A stretch of 64,000 nucleotides of DNA from an uncultured Chloroflexia bacterium (lineage in GTDB: Bacteria; Chloroflexota; Ktedonobacteria; Ktedonobacterales; JADMIN01), in assembly GCA_963712005.1 (NCBI GenBank), contig CAVQGK010000018.1:105503-169502 (forward strand). The letters are read 5' to 3'. The notes under the pieces are model-generated. The model did no database searches. It was not told where the DNA came from and worked only from the letters and a program-made list of their open reading frames with translations. The stretch's first letter is position 1. Every line of letters begins with the position of its first letter. Made by a program: the position numbers and the translations under genes. Positions 38,921 to 47,832 of this stretch are shown here, one piece after another.

Positions 38921-39170
38921 GAGGCTGGCGACTGAAGTCGCGCCTGAACGGCCTCGCTCGCGCTCCGCCACAAAGTCCGCCTGCGCGGACTACCCAGAGG
39001 CAACCTATTGGAACGCACGCCGGGCAAGCTGGAAGAAACCTGCCTACCCAGGTTGCAAAGGCGCACTCGCCCGTGGACGATCCCGTTGGGGCACGGTCTG
39101 GCAGTCCGCGACGGCAGACTTCGTGGCCGCAGGCCGTTCAGGCGCGGTTTTAACCGCCCGCGCACCGCCG
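38921..39170. repeat. MITE/REP-like nested palindromic element in the gcvH-gcvPA spacer
   Basis: Perfect 15-bp inverted repeat gcgcctgaacggcct (38940-38954) with aggccgttcaggcgc (39131-39145). Outer hairpins are gcgac-tgaa-gtcgc and gcggtt-tt-aaccgc. Inner repeats are agtccgc/gcggact and gcaacct/aggttgc. Confidence 0.6.
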
Positions 39171-39214
39171 CGCGGTATCCCCAGTAATTGCTAAAACCAC
39201 ATTAACCGCCAGCG

Positions 39215-39634
39215 CTAGTGGCCCGCCGTCTTGAGGAACTCGGTGTAGGCGGCGGCGTCCAACAGCTTATCAAGCTCGGCGGGATCGGAGAGCCGCACGC
39301 GCAGCATCCAGCCACCACCGTATGGCTCGCTGTTCACCAGTTCCGGCGTGGTCTGGAGGGCGCTGTTAACGGCGACGAGCGCTCCACTCACTGGGATGAA
39401 TAGCTCCGAGGTCGCCTTGACCGATTCGATATCGCCAAAGTGCTCATTCGCCTTGAAGTCGCGGCTACCCGCGTCATCCCAGGGAAGATCGAGGTAGACG
39501 ACATCGCCCAGCTCATCCTGAGCGTAGTCGGAGATGCCAATGGTCGCCTCGTCACCGTCGACGTGCACCCACTCGTGGGTCTGAGCAAAAAACATCGGTG
39601 TCGAAGACCCAGTGGAATTCGTACCTTGGCTCAT
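39215..39634 (-). CDS. gcvH: Glycine cleavage system H protein
   Basis: THEWVHVDGDEATIGISDYAQDELGDVVYLDLP...ESVKATSELFIPVSG (lipoyl-lysine motif ESVKA). RBS gggaga lies 8 nt before the ATG. Confidence 0.9.
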   Translation of the reverse strand: MSQGTNSTGSSTPMFFAQTHEWVHVDGDEATIGISDYAQDELGDVVYLDLPWDDAGSRDFKANEHFGDIESVKATSELFIPVSGALVAVNSALQTTPELVNSEPYGGGWMLRVRLSDPAELDKLLDAAAYTEFLKTAGH

Positions 39635-41222
39635 GTGTTTTCTCCCATAGATAGGCCCGTACTCCGAAGCGGTACAAAATCATCCGCTTCTCTTTCATCG
39701 ACGCGCCCTCCAGGTTGCGCACAGCCTGGGGAGCCGCTTCCTGGAATGACTTTATCACAGCCGCTTGTTCTTTGCGTTCGGCTTCCGTCGCAGTCAGTTC
39801 CTCCAACGTCCCGGTGAGAGTAACATACTGCTCGTGCGCTTCCTCGGCAAGCTGGACAAACCGCTCTCGCATATCGTCTGACTTGGCGCTTCCGACTGCC
39901 GCAAGGTAGCTGTCTTCCTGCTCCTTCGCCTGTTTGCGCGCAAGCTCGACCGCAGTGCGCTGGCTGGAGCCTTCCTCCTGCGCCTGGGCGACGTTGGCGA
40001 GGTAGACCTCGTACTGCGCTTGCAACCGCTCCGGGTGAGTAAGCTGCTCGATGAACCACGCCCAGCAGGCGTCATCCAGGGTAGACGACTTAATGAGGTT
40101 GACGCCGGGATAGCTACATGCGCCCTGCCTGTCCCCTGTGCCCGTGCGGACACGGTTGGCGCAGCGGTAGAAGTGGTAGCCACGTTTCTTCTCGTAGATC
40201 GTCGTGAGGCTGCCCTCACAGTAGCCGCAGCAGCCAAGCGGGTGGTGGAGCAACACGTCGCCCGCATGAGAGAGCCGCCGCGAAGACAACTCCTTGTTCT
40301 CAGTCAGGCGTTGCTGGGCGGTGTTGTACGCTTCCTCGCTCACCAGCGCAGGGCAGACATCCGGGCTGTACTCAAACCGATTGACATCGTCTGGCGCACG
40401 CTTGACCCGCCGCATCACGACACGCACCTCGCCGGTAACGGGGTGGATGACTGTCTTGGGAATGCGCGTCGTCTCCATGCCTACCATGTGACCGGTGTAC
40501 GACTGATCGCGGAGGATTTTGCGGATGCTGGTTGGTCCCCAGTGTTCGGAGCGGCGACTGGTGATTCTCCAGCCCTGAGACTGCTGATAGCGAGAAGGGG
40601 ACGGGATGCCGTCTCTGGTGAGCGCAAGACTGATTTGCCGCATGGTGTTCCCGGCCACATACTCCGCAAAGATACGGCGGACAATCGGCGTAGAGTTGGG
40701 GTCAGGGCGAAACTTCTCCTTGCGGTCGTCCGCGAACATATAGCCGTACTTGGGGCAGTTCATCGCAGGCAGCTTGCCGGAATGAACACGCGCCTTCTTG
40801 CCGCCTGCTGTTCTTGCCCTCACGTTGTTCAGTTCTGTCTCAGCTGCGAAGATGATGCCGTTCCGCACGAACTCACCAACTGCGCCCTCCGGGAGTTCTT
40901 CGGTTGCCGAGAAGACCTCGACACCGACCTCACGGAACTGGAAGATTGCTACTGTACACTGCACCTGAATGCGTGAGAAGCGATCAAACCGTCCAACGCA
41001 AACGATGTCGAACTTACCTTTACGGGCCTCACCCAGCATCTCCTGGAAGACCGGACGATTCAGTGTATAGGACTTGCCGCCTGGGTCGGAATACTTGGCC
41101 ACAATTACGTGTCCTTGCCGTTCCGCCCAGGCTTCAATGTCGTTATGCTGATTCTCGATGCTGTAGTTCTTGTCCTCCTCGCCCGGACTCGACCGGCGAA
41201 GATAAGCTGCGACTCGCGCCAT
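39552..41222 (-). CDS. Large serine recombinase (integrase-type)
   Basis: 556 aa: N-terminal resolvase domain (AAYLRRSSPGEED...GRFDRFSR), a recombinase domain, a zinc ribbon (CCGYCEGSL...YRCANR) and a coiled coil. The 3' end overlaps gcvH by 83 nt. Confidence 0.9.
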   Translation of the reverse strand: MARVAAYLRRSSPGEEDKNYSIENQHNDIEAWAERQGHVIVAKYSDPGGKSYTLNRPVFQEMLGEARKGKFDIVCVGRFDRFSRIQVQCTVAIFQFREVGVEVFSATEELPEGAVGEFVRNGIIFAAETELNNVRARTAGGKKARVHSGKLPAMNCPKYGYMFADDRKEKFRPDPNSTPIVRRIFAEYVAGNTMRQISLALTRDGIPSPSRYQQSQGWRITSRRSEHWGPTSIRKILRDQSYTGHMVGMETTRIPKTVIHPVTGEVRVVMRRVKRAPDDVNRFEYSPDVCPALVSEEAYNTAQQRLTENKELSSRRLSHAGDVLLHHPLGCCGYCEGSLTTIYEKKRGYHFYRCANRVRTGTGDRQGACSYPGVNLIKSSTLDDACWAWFIEQLTHPERLQAQYEVYLANVAQAQEEGSSQRTAVELARKQAKEQEDSYLAAVGSAKSDDMRERFVQLAEEAHEQYVTLTGTLEELTATEAERKEQAAVIKSFQEAAPQAVRNLEGASMKEKRMILYRFGVRAYLWEKTHEPRYEFHWVFDTDVFCSDPRVGARRR

Positions 41223-41855
41223 TTGTGTTTCCTCCAGCTATGGGTGTGTGTGTCCTGCTGGAAAGTATACCCAAGTAATCTTCCACAGTCAAGTTGCTAT
41301 CCGAGAATAGCCAGACTGCGAAGGCACGATACCAAGGGTCGTCGAACATATCAGGCACGCTTTCTCGGTAGGGCAAAGGGAGCGTCCTCGTCCAACTCTG
41401 CCTGAAGGGTAGCAATGTGACGGCGGGCGGTCTTGGTCGAGCAGCCGACTCGGCGGGCCAGCTCGTCCGCTTTCATCCCACGACGCCACTCCAGACGGCA
41501 CTGCTCAAGCAGGGGAGCGGTACGGCCACGCAGAGGAAGCGGCGGGGGAGCGATGACCTGGGGCGCAGCGGACTCGCCACGCGCCAAGCGGGTGATCGTG
41601 GACTGGATAGAAGCCAGGATGTTGCCCGTTTTCTTCTCGTTCGCAGCCGTAGCCACGGTGACGATAGCCTCGGACATGTCCACCATAGTCCCGTCAAGCT
41701 CGGTGATGGCCTGCTTGCGCTGCCGGGTCAGCACCTTGAGGAAGGCTTCCAGAGTCTTGTGGGCCTCGCCCTGGAGCTTCTGGCTGATCCGTCTTGGCCA
41801 TGGTGTTCTGCTCCTCTGGCGCCCGCGCGCCCGCTCACATCACGACGTGTGAAAA
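39635..41855 (-). mobile_element. Putative minimal integrative cassette (serine recombinase plus HTH protein) between gcvT and gcvH
   Basis: Two foreign genes fill the gcvT-gcvH spacer exactly. The boundaries are inferred from the flanking gcv stop and start only; the att cores were not resolved. Confidence 0.45.
41351..41734 (-). CDS. Small HTH protein (possible recombination directionality or regulatory factor); likely 5' frameshift
   Basis: C-terminal HTH MKADELARRVGCSTKTARRHIATLQ. A good RBS+ATG (aggagcagaacaccATG, 41801) is one frame off. Deleting one G at ~41788 gives MAKTISQKLQGEAHKTLEAFLKVLTRQRK... Confidence 0.55.
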   Translation of the reverse strand: MLTRQRKQAITELDGTMVDMSEAIVTVATAANEKKTGNILASIQSTITRLARGESAAPQVIAPPPLPLRGRTAPLLEQCRLEWRRGMKADELARRVGCSTKTARRHIATLQAELDEDAPFALPRKRA

Positions 41856-42992
41856 TTACTTTGCGCGCTTATAGAACGGCAGCGCGACGATGACCGCGGG
41901 AACTGCCTTACCGCGAATCTCGATGGCAATCTCGGAGCCGGGGACGGCGTGCTCCGGTGGGACGTAGCCCATGCCAATCGCTTTGCCAATGGTAGGGCCG
42001 ACGGTGCCGCTGGTCAGCTCACCAATGGCCGCGCCCTCGCGCAGAATGGGATATCCGGCGCGCGGAACGCCCCCGCCGCGCAGCTCGATCCCCACACGCT
42101 TGCGCGGCAGCCCCTGCTCCTTCTGCGCCAGCAGCGCATCGCGCCCGATGAAGTCGTGGCCCTTCTCCAACTTGACCGACCAGCCAAGGCCAGCCTCCAG
42201 CGGCGTGATCTGCTCAGTCAGTTCGTGGCCATAGAGACAGAAGCCCGCCTCCAGCCGGAGCGTATCACGCGCGCCCAGCCCGGCCGGGAGCAGCCCCGCT
42301 GAGCCGCCCGCCGCCAGCAGCGCACGCCAGAGCGCCACCACATCGCCACTGGCGCAGCACAACTCGAAGCCATCCTCGCCGGTATAGCCGGTGCGCAAGA
42401 TCAGACAGGATATGCCCGCGACGGTCCCTTCGGCAAAGTGGTAGTAGACGACGGTGTTGAGGTCGGTGTTGGTCAGGGAGCTCAGGATGTCGCTGGCGCG
42501 CGGGCCTTGCAGCGCGAGAAGCCCCGTCTCATCAGAGATGTTGGTCAGCGTGACATCGGCGCGTCCTGCCGCCTGCCGCGTGAACCAGTCCCAGTCCTTC
42601 TCCGTCGTATCCGCGTTGACCACGGCCATATAGCGCGTGTCGCCGAAGCGGTAGATCGTGAGATCGTCCAGCGTGCCGCCCTGCTCATTGCAAATCTGGG
42701 TGTAGAGCGCCTGCCCGTCGGTCAGCCGGGCGACGTTATTGGGGACGAGACCCTGCAAGAAATCGAGCGCCCCCGGACCCTCAACGCGAAACTCGCCCAT
42801 ATGCGAGACATCGAACATGCCCGCGCGCTCGCGGACGGCGCGGTGTTCTTCGAGAATGCCGCTATACTGAACGGGCATTTCCCAGCCGCTGAACTCGACG
42901 AGACGCGCGCCCAACGCGCGATGCTCCTCGTAGAGCGGGGTACGCTTGAGCCGCGGCGTCGCGGCATCGGTCGAAGATGTATCTGCGCTCAT
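41856..42992 (-). CDS. gcvT: Glycine cleavage system aminomethyltransferase T
   Basis: 378 aa: LKRTPLYEEHRALGARLVEFSGWEMPVQYSGILEEHRAVRERAGMFDVSHMGEF. Confidence 0.95.
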   Translation of the reverse strand: MSADTSSTDAATPRLKRTPLYEEHRALGARLVEFSGWEMPVQYSGILEEHRAVRERAGMFDVSHMGEFRVEGPGALDFLQGLVPNNVARLTDGQALYTQICNEQGGTLDDLTIYRFGDTRYMAVVNADTTEKDWDWFTRQAAGRADVTLTNISDETGLLALQGPRASDILSSLTNTDLNTVVYYHFAEGTVAGISCLILRTGYTGEDGFELCCASGDVVALWRALLAAGGSAGLLPAGLGARDTLRLEAGFCLYGHELTEQITPLEAGLGWSVKLEKGHDFIGRDALLAQKEQGLPRKRVGIELRGGGVPRAGYPILREGAAIGELTSGTVGPTIGKAIGMGYVPPEHAVPGSEIAIEIRGKAVPAVIVALPFYKRAK

Positions 42993-43150
42993 GCTGCTCG
43001 GCTACCTTCTGGGCAACGTCCGGGATTCATCCCGGCACTGGCTCACGCACGCCGTTGCGCAATGGGCCGTTGGGTTGCCGTTCCACATTCTAGCCGGGTA
43101 GCGTATCGTTTGTCCAGCAGGGGGTGAGGTCAGCCGCGCCTCAATACGCA

Positions 43151-44743
43151 TCAATAGATGAAGCTGACGCCGGAACGGACATAGGCGAAGCGGTAGCTCA
43201 CACGCCCCCAACCACCGCCATTCCAGTAAAAGTTCATCTCCGAGACGAGGAACCAGCCACCAGGGTAGACCTTCTCGACATGGGCGACGTGGCCCGCGCC
43301 ACCCGCGCCCTCGACACCCGGCTGGAAGACAACCGTTGCTCCGGCGCGTGGCGTATGCCCGACCCGATAGCCGCGCGACGCCGCGCCCGCCGCCCAGTAG
43401 CGCGCGTTGCCCATGCGGCGCAGATTCTCATCCTGCCGCTTATTTTGCGCCCACCAGGTGCACTGGCCAAACGCCCACCAGTAGAAGCCATTCGCCGGGC
43501 GGTTCATCTTGAAGGATGGATGGCCGGGGACGTACATATAGGCCCACCTGGGCGGCCAGGGACGGACCGGCGCGGGCGAGATGCCGGTATTCGAGGAGGG
43601 CGACGAGTTGCCAGACGGCGCGCCGCCGCTACCCGAAGAATTCCCCGCGGGCAGTCCGGCGCTCCCCGGCGCTTTGACGCCAGGGCCAGCGCCGCCGCCA
43701 AGACCGAGCACCGCGCCCGCCTGCGTATCCCACGGCCCGCTTGGATCGCCGGTCGCGTTGTTGCTGGCCGTCTGCGCCGCCAGCAGCCCAAAGGGGAGTG
43801 TTGCTGAGGCGAGGGGATTGGTCTCCGCGAGCACGCCGACCACCAGGGCCAGCGTCATCAGGCAGGCGACGAATCCCGCGACCAGGCTGCGTCGTCCGTG
43901 CCGTCGCGGCTGGAGCCAGATCGGCGTCGGCGCGAGCTTACCCGCAGGCACGACGGTGACAGGCATACGCGGCATCGTATCGGCATCCATGACCGCCATA
44001 TCAGTCGGCAGGTAGACGGTGGGCGCCTCATCGGCGGCGACCCGCGCATCCTCGATGACAGCCTCCAGCGCGTTCAAGATCATCGTCTGGCGCGTCACCA
44101 GCGTGGTATCTTCCGGGCGCACTGGCCGCGCGGTGGATGGCCGCCGTCGGCGATTCGGTCCGCCGTAAACGCCTGACATACCGGAGATACCGGAGTTAGC
44201 CGGGCCATCGTCGGGGCGCGCAGGCATGATGATCGTGTCTGGTGGCAGCGTCGTACCCATCCAGGGCGGGGACGAGCCAGGTGGTGTGCCTGGTTTCTTC
44301 GTGGGCGCGTAGGGCGCTTCAGGCGCCGCCGACGCGGCACGCAGGCCGCCATTTGTCTGGCGCGGTCTGCTGATGGGCGTCTCGGTGTCGCTGGTGAGGC
44401 GGGGTATGTTGGTGAGCCATGGCGCGGTGGAGCGTCGCGGCTGGCTCACTGGCCCATGCTCGTCGGGACGCACCCGTGGGATGCGGTTGGTCGGCTCATG
44501 CGTCGCCCGCATGCGTTGTCTTGCGGTTGGTGTATCCGCTCCCCATCCCGTCTCCCACTCTGTCCACTGCGTATCCGGTCTCGCTCCGGCAGATGGCTTG
44601 CGTCCGCGCTTGTGCTGGCCTGCCACGGCATCCCTCCCTGCTTCCCAATCGCATCCACCCTGTACAGGGGAGTATGGCCAGGAGCGGCTGAGTTTCGCGA
44701 CAAGCGAGCGCGAAATTCGGGCGGTCAGGGAGGCGTTAGACAA
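43151..44743 (-). CDS. CHAP-domain protein with long disordered N-region and one TM helix
   Basis: The C-terminus has GQCTWWAQNK (Cys) ... GHVAHVEKV (His) ... SEMNFYWNGGGWGRVSYRFAYVRSGVSFIY, after a Pro/Arg-rich N-half and a TM helix (LVAGFVACLMTLALVVGVLA). The start is uncertain. Confidence 0.75.
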   Translation of the reverse strand: MSNASLTARISRSLVAKLSRSWPYSPVQGGCDWEAGRDAVAGQHKRGRKPSAGARPDTQWTEWETGWGADTPTARQRMRATHEPTNRIPRVRPDEHGPVSQPRRSTAPWLTNIPRLTSDTETPISRPRQTNGGLRAASAAPEAPYAPTKKPGTPPGSSPPWMGTTLPPDTIIMPARPDDGPANSGISGMSGVYGGPNRRRRPSTARPVRPEDTTLVTRQTMILNALEAVIEDARVAADEAPTVYLPTDMAVMDADTMPRMPVTVVPAGKLAPTPIWLQPRRHGRRSLVAGFVACLMTLALVVGVLAETNPLASATLPFGLLAAQTASNNATGDPSGPWDTQAGAVLGLGGGAGPGVKAPGSAGLPAGNSSGSGGAPSGNSSPSSNTGISPAPVRPWPPRWAYMYVPGHPSFKMNRPANGFYWWAFGQCTWWAQNKRQDENLRRMGNARYWAAGAASRGYRVGHTPRAGATVVFQPGVEGAGGAGHVAHVEKVYPGGWFLVSEMNFYWNGGGWGRVSYRFAYVRSGVSFIY

Positions 44744-44816
44744 GAACCACAGCGGGATGGAGGTGGTATTTGTGTGGCTACCCAGATAGGCTATGCCGCT
44801 TCGCAGCAGAGAGCGT

Positions 44817-45560
44817 TTAATCCTTCAGAAACCGTTCGACCCAGGCTACCATGCGCTGCCGAGCCGTTTCCCACAACTCTGGCGAAAGGCTATGACCTGC
44901 ACCGGGATACTCCAGGTAGCATAGGCGCTCCGGGGCGGTGGCGTATAACGGTGTGAGTTGCTCGTGGAAGGTGCGGATATAGCGGGCTGGCACGGCCTCA
45001 TCCTTCTCCGCTGCCTGGGAGAACAGCGCGACCGGGAAGAAGCGCTCAACATGGCGGTGCGGACTCTCAGGCAAGGGCAGCTCCCATTCGGGAGAGCCAA
45101 GGATAGGGGTCGCTACGCACAGGCGAGGTTCATCAACAATCGCCGCATAGGTGATCTCGCCACCCATGGAGACTCCTCCTATGCCCAGGCGCCTGGGCCG
45201 CGCCCATCCACGAGCGTACAGTTCGTCTATGATCAGGGGCACTTCACCTGCCGTTTGGCGCACAATCGCAAGGTAGTCGGCCTCGGTGGCTTCTGGTCCC
45301 CCTGCCCAGCGCTCATCATTGAACATCTCAGCGAAATGGGGGAAGCGGCGCTGCCCATGGCCAACAGCGTCCAGGCCGATCACGAGAAACCCGGCCTGTG
45401 CGAGGCTCACGAGATGAGCCTCGATCTTCTCTTTGCTTCCGCCAAAGCCATGATAGAACAACATCGTGCCCTGCTCGGCACAGGGCTGGATCGCATCCTG
45501 GAAGAAGAGCAATGCGGGAACCGAGGCAATGGTGGTCACTTCTTGCGTGAGGGGCATCAT
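44817..45560 (-). CDS. Alpha/beta hydrolase (dienelactone hydrolase / S9-like)
   Basis: Nucleophile elbow GGVSMGG, then HGFGGSKE, and a C-terminal GAGHS. Confidence 0.8.
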   Translation of the reverse strand: MMPLTQEVTTIASVPALLFFQDAIQPCAEQGTMLFYHGFGGSKEKIEAHLVSLAQAGFLVIGLDAVGHGQRRFPHFAEMFNDERWAGGPEATEADYLAIVRQTAGEVPLIIDELYARGWARPRRLGIGGVSMGGEITYAAIVDEPRLCVATPILGSPEWELPLPESPHRHVERFFPVALFSQAAEKDEAVPARYIRTFHEQLTPLYATAPERLCYLEYPGAGHSLSPELWETARQRMVAWVERFLKD

Positions 45561-45569
45561 GGCAATCCT

Positions 45570-47100
45570 TTAGTTCCCCGTGACCCGGCGGGTGAATGCC
45601 GCAATGAAGATACCTTCAATCAACAGGCCAAAGAACGCCTCGACCGCCGTAAGCGTCGCCAGCGTATCGGTCATCGTCAGCCCCGGTGGCTGCACACCGC
45701 GCCCATGAAACGAGGTGATGCTCAGCACGAAGACATCACGGATGGCATCGAATGAGACGACGCGCCCTGCCGCCAGAAACATCGCCCCAGCAAACGCGCT
45801 CACCACCAGCAGATACGTCAGCAACAGCCGCCCGAAGTAGTCGCCGTAGCCCGCGAATGTGCCCAACAGCCACGAGAACAGCCAGCGCCCGAAGAATGCC
45901 GGAGCGGTATAGAAGCGCCTCGACAGCACGTTGGCGAATATCTGCCAGAAATAAGACTTGCGCTCCATCAATTCGGCACGGTAGTGGAAGCGTGTAGCAT
46001 CGGCGCCTAATCCCTGGTTGCGCAACGCAACCGAGAGCGACCGGTAGGCCCGCGCTGCCTTATGGAATGCCTCCACCTTCCAACTGGTACTTCTTGCCTT
46101 CCTAGCATCGCGCTCATCACCTAGGCGCTTTAGCGTTGCCCATGAAACGACCGTGAGATTAGTATTGTCGAACGTCACTTGGTCTAGGCTCACTTCAACT
46201 AGATTAGCATCGTCAAGCCGCGAAGTCTTATCAAAGGATGAGGCACGCAGGTCCGCTTGTAGTAACTGCGCCTTACGCAGATCGGCACCTTCCAAACGGG
46301 CGCCATAGAGGTTGGTATCTTGCAACTGCGAGGTAAGTAAATTGGCATTTTGTAACTGTGCACCATAGAGATTGGCATTCTGCAGCCGAGCACCACTTAG
46401 GTTGGCTTGCTGTAACAGCGTCTCACGTAGATCAGCGTGTACCAATATTGCCACACCTAAGTCGGCGCCGTCCAATTGGGCTCCACTGAGAAAGGCTTGC
46501 TGCAGGTTCGCGCCGTGCAGTATGGCTCCCTGCAAGTTAGCCTCTTCCAATACAGCATGCTGTACCTGCGCTCCACCTAAGTATGGCGCCTTGCAGTTGC
46601 GCTCCGCGCAAGTAGGTGCCCTGGAGTTGCGCCCAATGCATCATGGCACGTTGCAATTGGACTCTATGCAGTTTCGCGTGTTGTAATTTTGCTTCGGTTA
46701 AGTTGGCTCTCTCCAAGTGAAGCTCCGAGAGATCAGGTGAATTGAATGGGTGCTTGAGCGCTGCTGCTGTCTCGCCAAGATTACCGTCCGGATCATTAAG
46801 CGCCAGCGCTGCCAGCCAGAAGACGTCTGCACCGGTCAATTTCACATCCTTGAAGACACTCTGATTGACGTTGCGGTCTAGCTGCGCCACCCATATTTTC
46901 TGCCGCTCAAACATCTCCTTCAGTTCGACCAGCCGCTCGGGGCTGATATCGTCTCCCCAGGCTATCCCCGTTGACTCCGTTGTCGTACCAGCTGGCTGCT
47001 GGCTTTCGGGCGTCTCGCTCATGCACATATGCTCCTGCTGGCTCATCAGCTGCTCGGTTGTGAAGACATTATACAGGAGAGAAGATGGTTTGTAAGCCAC
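45570..47100 (-). pseudogene. Pentapeptide-repeat protein fused to a two-TM pore-loop channel module, one frameshift near 46578
   Basis: ORFs 46537..47100 and 45570..46550 join as ...YLRGAQLQGAIL|GGAQVQHAVLEEANLQGAILHGANL... if one nt is removed, keeping the 5-residue register. The C-terminus reads VLSITSFHGRGVQPPG between two TM helices. Confidence 0.75.
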
Positions 47101-47111
47101 AATCCTTCAAT

Positions 47112-47140
47112 TTGACTCGCCCATCACATCGCACTATAAT
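47112..47140 (+). promoter_or_regulatory. Near-consensus sigma-70 promoter TTGACT-17-TATAAT of the TetR gene
   Basis: TTGACT at 47112-47117, a 17-nt spacer, then TATAAT at 47135-47140. Confidence 0.6.
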
Positions 47141-47166
47141 CGTACCGTACGGTACGGTACGGTACG
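47141..47166. promoter_or_regulatory. Candidate TetR operator: perfect 16-bp palindrome CGTACCGTACGGTACG extended by two GTACG units
   Basis: It starts directly after the -10 box and covers the predicted transcription start. The palindrome was verified base by base. Confidence 0.55.
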
Positions 47167-47184
47167 CACCATGGAGACGAGGCG

Positions 47185-47811
47185 ATGGAAGATCGAGCGA
47201 GCGGGCGCGCCCAGCAGACGCGCGAACGGCTCAGGGAAGCCGCGCATCGGCTATTTCTGCGGCAGGGCTATCTGGCGACCAGCATTGACGCGATTCTGGC
47301 GGAAGCTGGTATTTCCTCGAAGGAAACGCTCTATCGCCACTACGCCAATAAAGAGGCGCTCTTTGCGGATGTCCTGAGCCACCTGACGATGGAGCAGCCA
47401 GGCTTTTCCGAACGGCTCACAGCGCTGCCCGCCCCGCACGATCTCCAGTTGCTCCGCCAGGCGCTGACCGCGCTCGCCCGCGAGATCCTGACCATGATGA
47501 ACCGGCCGGGCTATCTGCCGCTGGTTCTGATGGTGATCGCCGAATCGCCGCGCTTCCCAGAGCTTGGCTCGCTCTTCTTCTCGACCGTCACGCAGCGCGG
47601 CCTCTCGCTCATCCTGGAGCTGCTGCAATCGGCGCGGGAGCAGCGGTTGATCGCCGACGTTGACCTGGAGGCGGTAGCACACACCTTGCTCGGCGGACTG
47701 TTGACGTTCGCCCTCATGAACCTGGTGTCTGCCAGGGAAGAAGCGCAACCCATCCCGCTTGCGCGCGCCGACGCCGTTGTCGACATCATCATGCGCGCTT
47801 TGACTCCATAG
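47185..47811 (+). CDS. TetR/AcrR family transcriptional regulator
   Basis: TRERLREAAHRLFLRQGYLATSIDAILAEAGISSKETLYRHYANKEALF is the TetR N-terminal HTH. RBS ggag precedes the ATG at 47185. Confidence 0.9.
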   Translation: MEDRASGRAQQTRERLREAAHRLFLRQGYLATSIDAILAEAGISSKETLYRHYANKEALFADVLSHLTMEQPGFSERLTALPAPHDLQLLRQALTALAREILTMMNRPGYLPLVLMVIAESPRFPELGSLFFSTVTQRGLSLILELLQSAREQRLIADVDLEAVAHTLLGGLLTFALMNLVSAREEAQPIPLARADAVVDIIMRALTP

Positions 47812-47832
47812 ATAGAGGATTGGGAAACCGAT

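Noticed and set aside
40020-40976. 318-aa plus-strand ORF
   Set aside because: It is antisense to the large serine recombinase, has an Arg/Ala/Leu-rich spurious composition, and has no RBS.
42993-43150. Possible glycine riboswitch in the 158-nt leader of gcvT
   Set aside because: I read the minus-strand leader and found none of the conserved glycine-aptamer elements (GGAGAG ... ACCGAAGGGGCAA ... CUCUGG). It should still be scanned with a covariance model.
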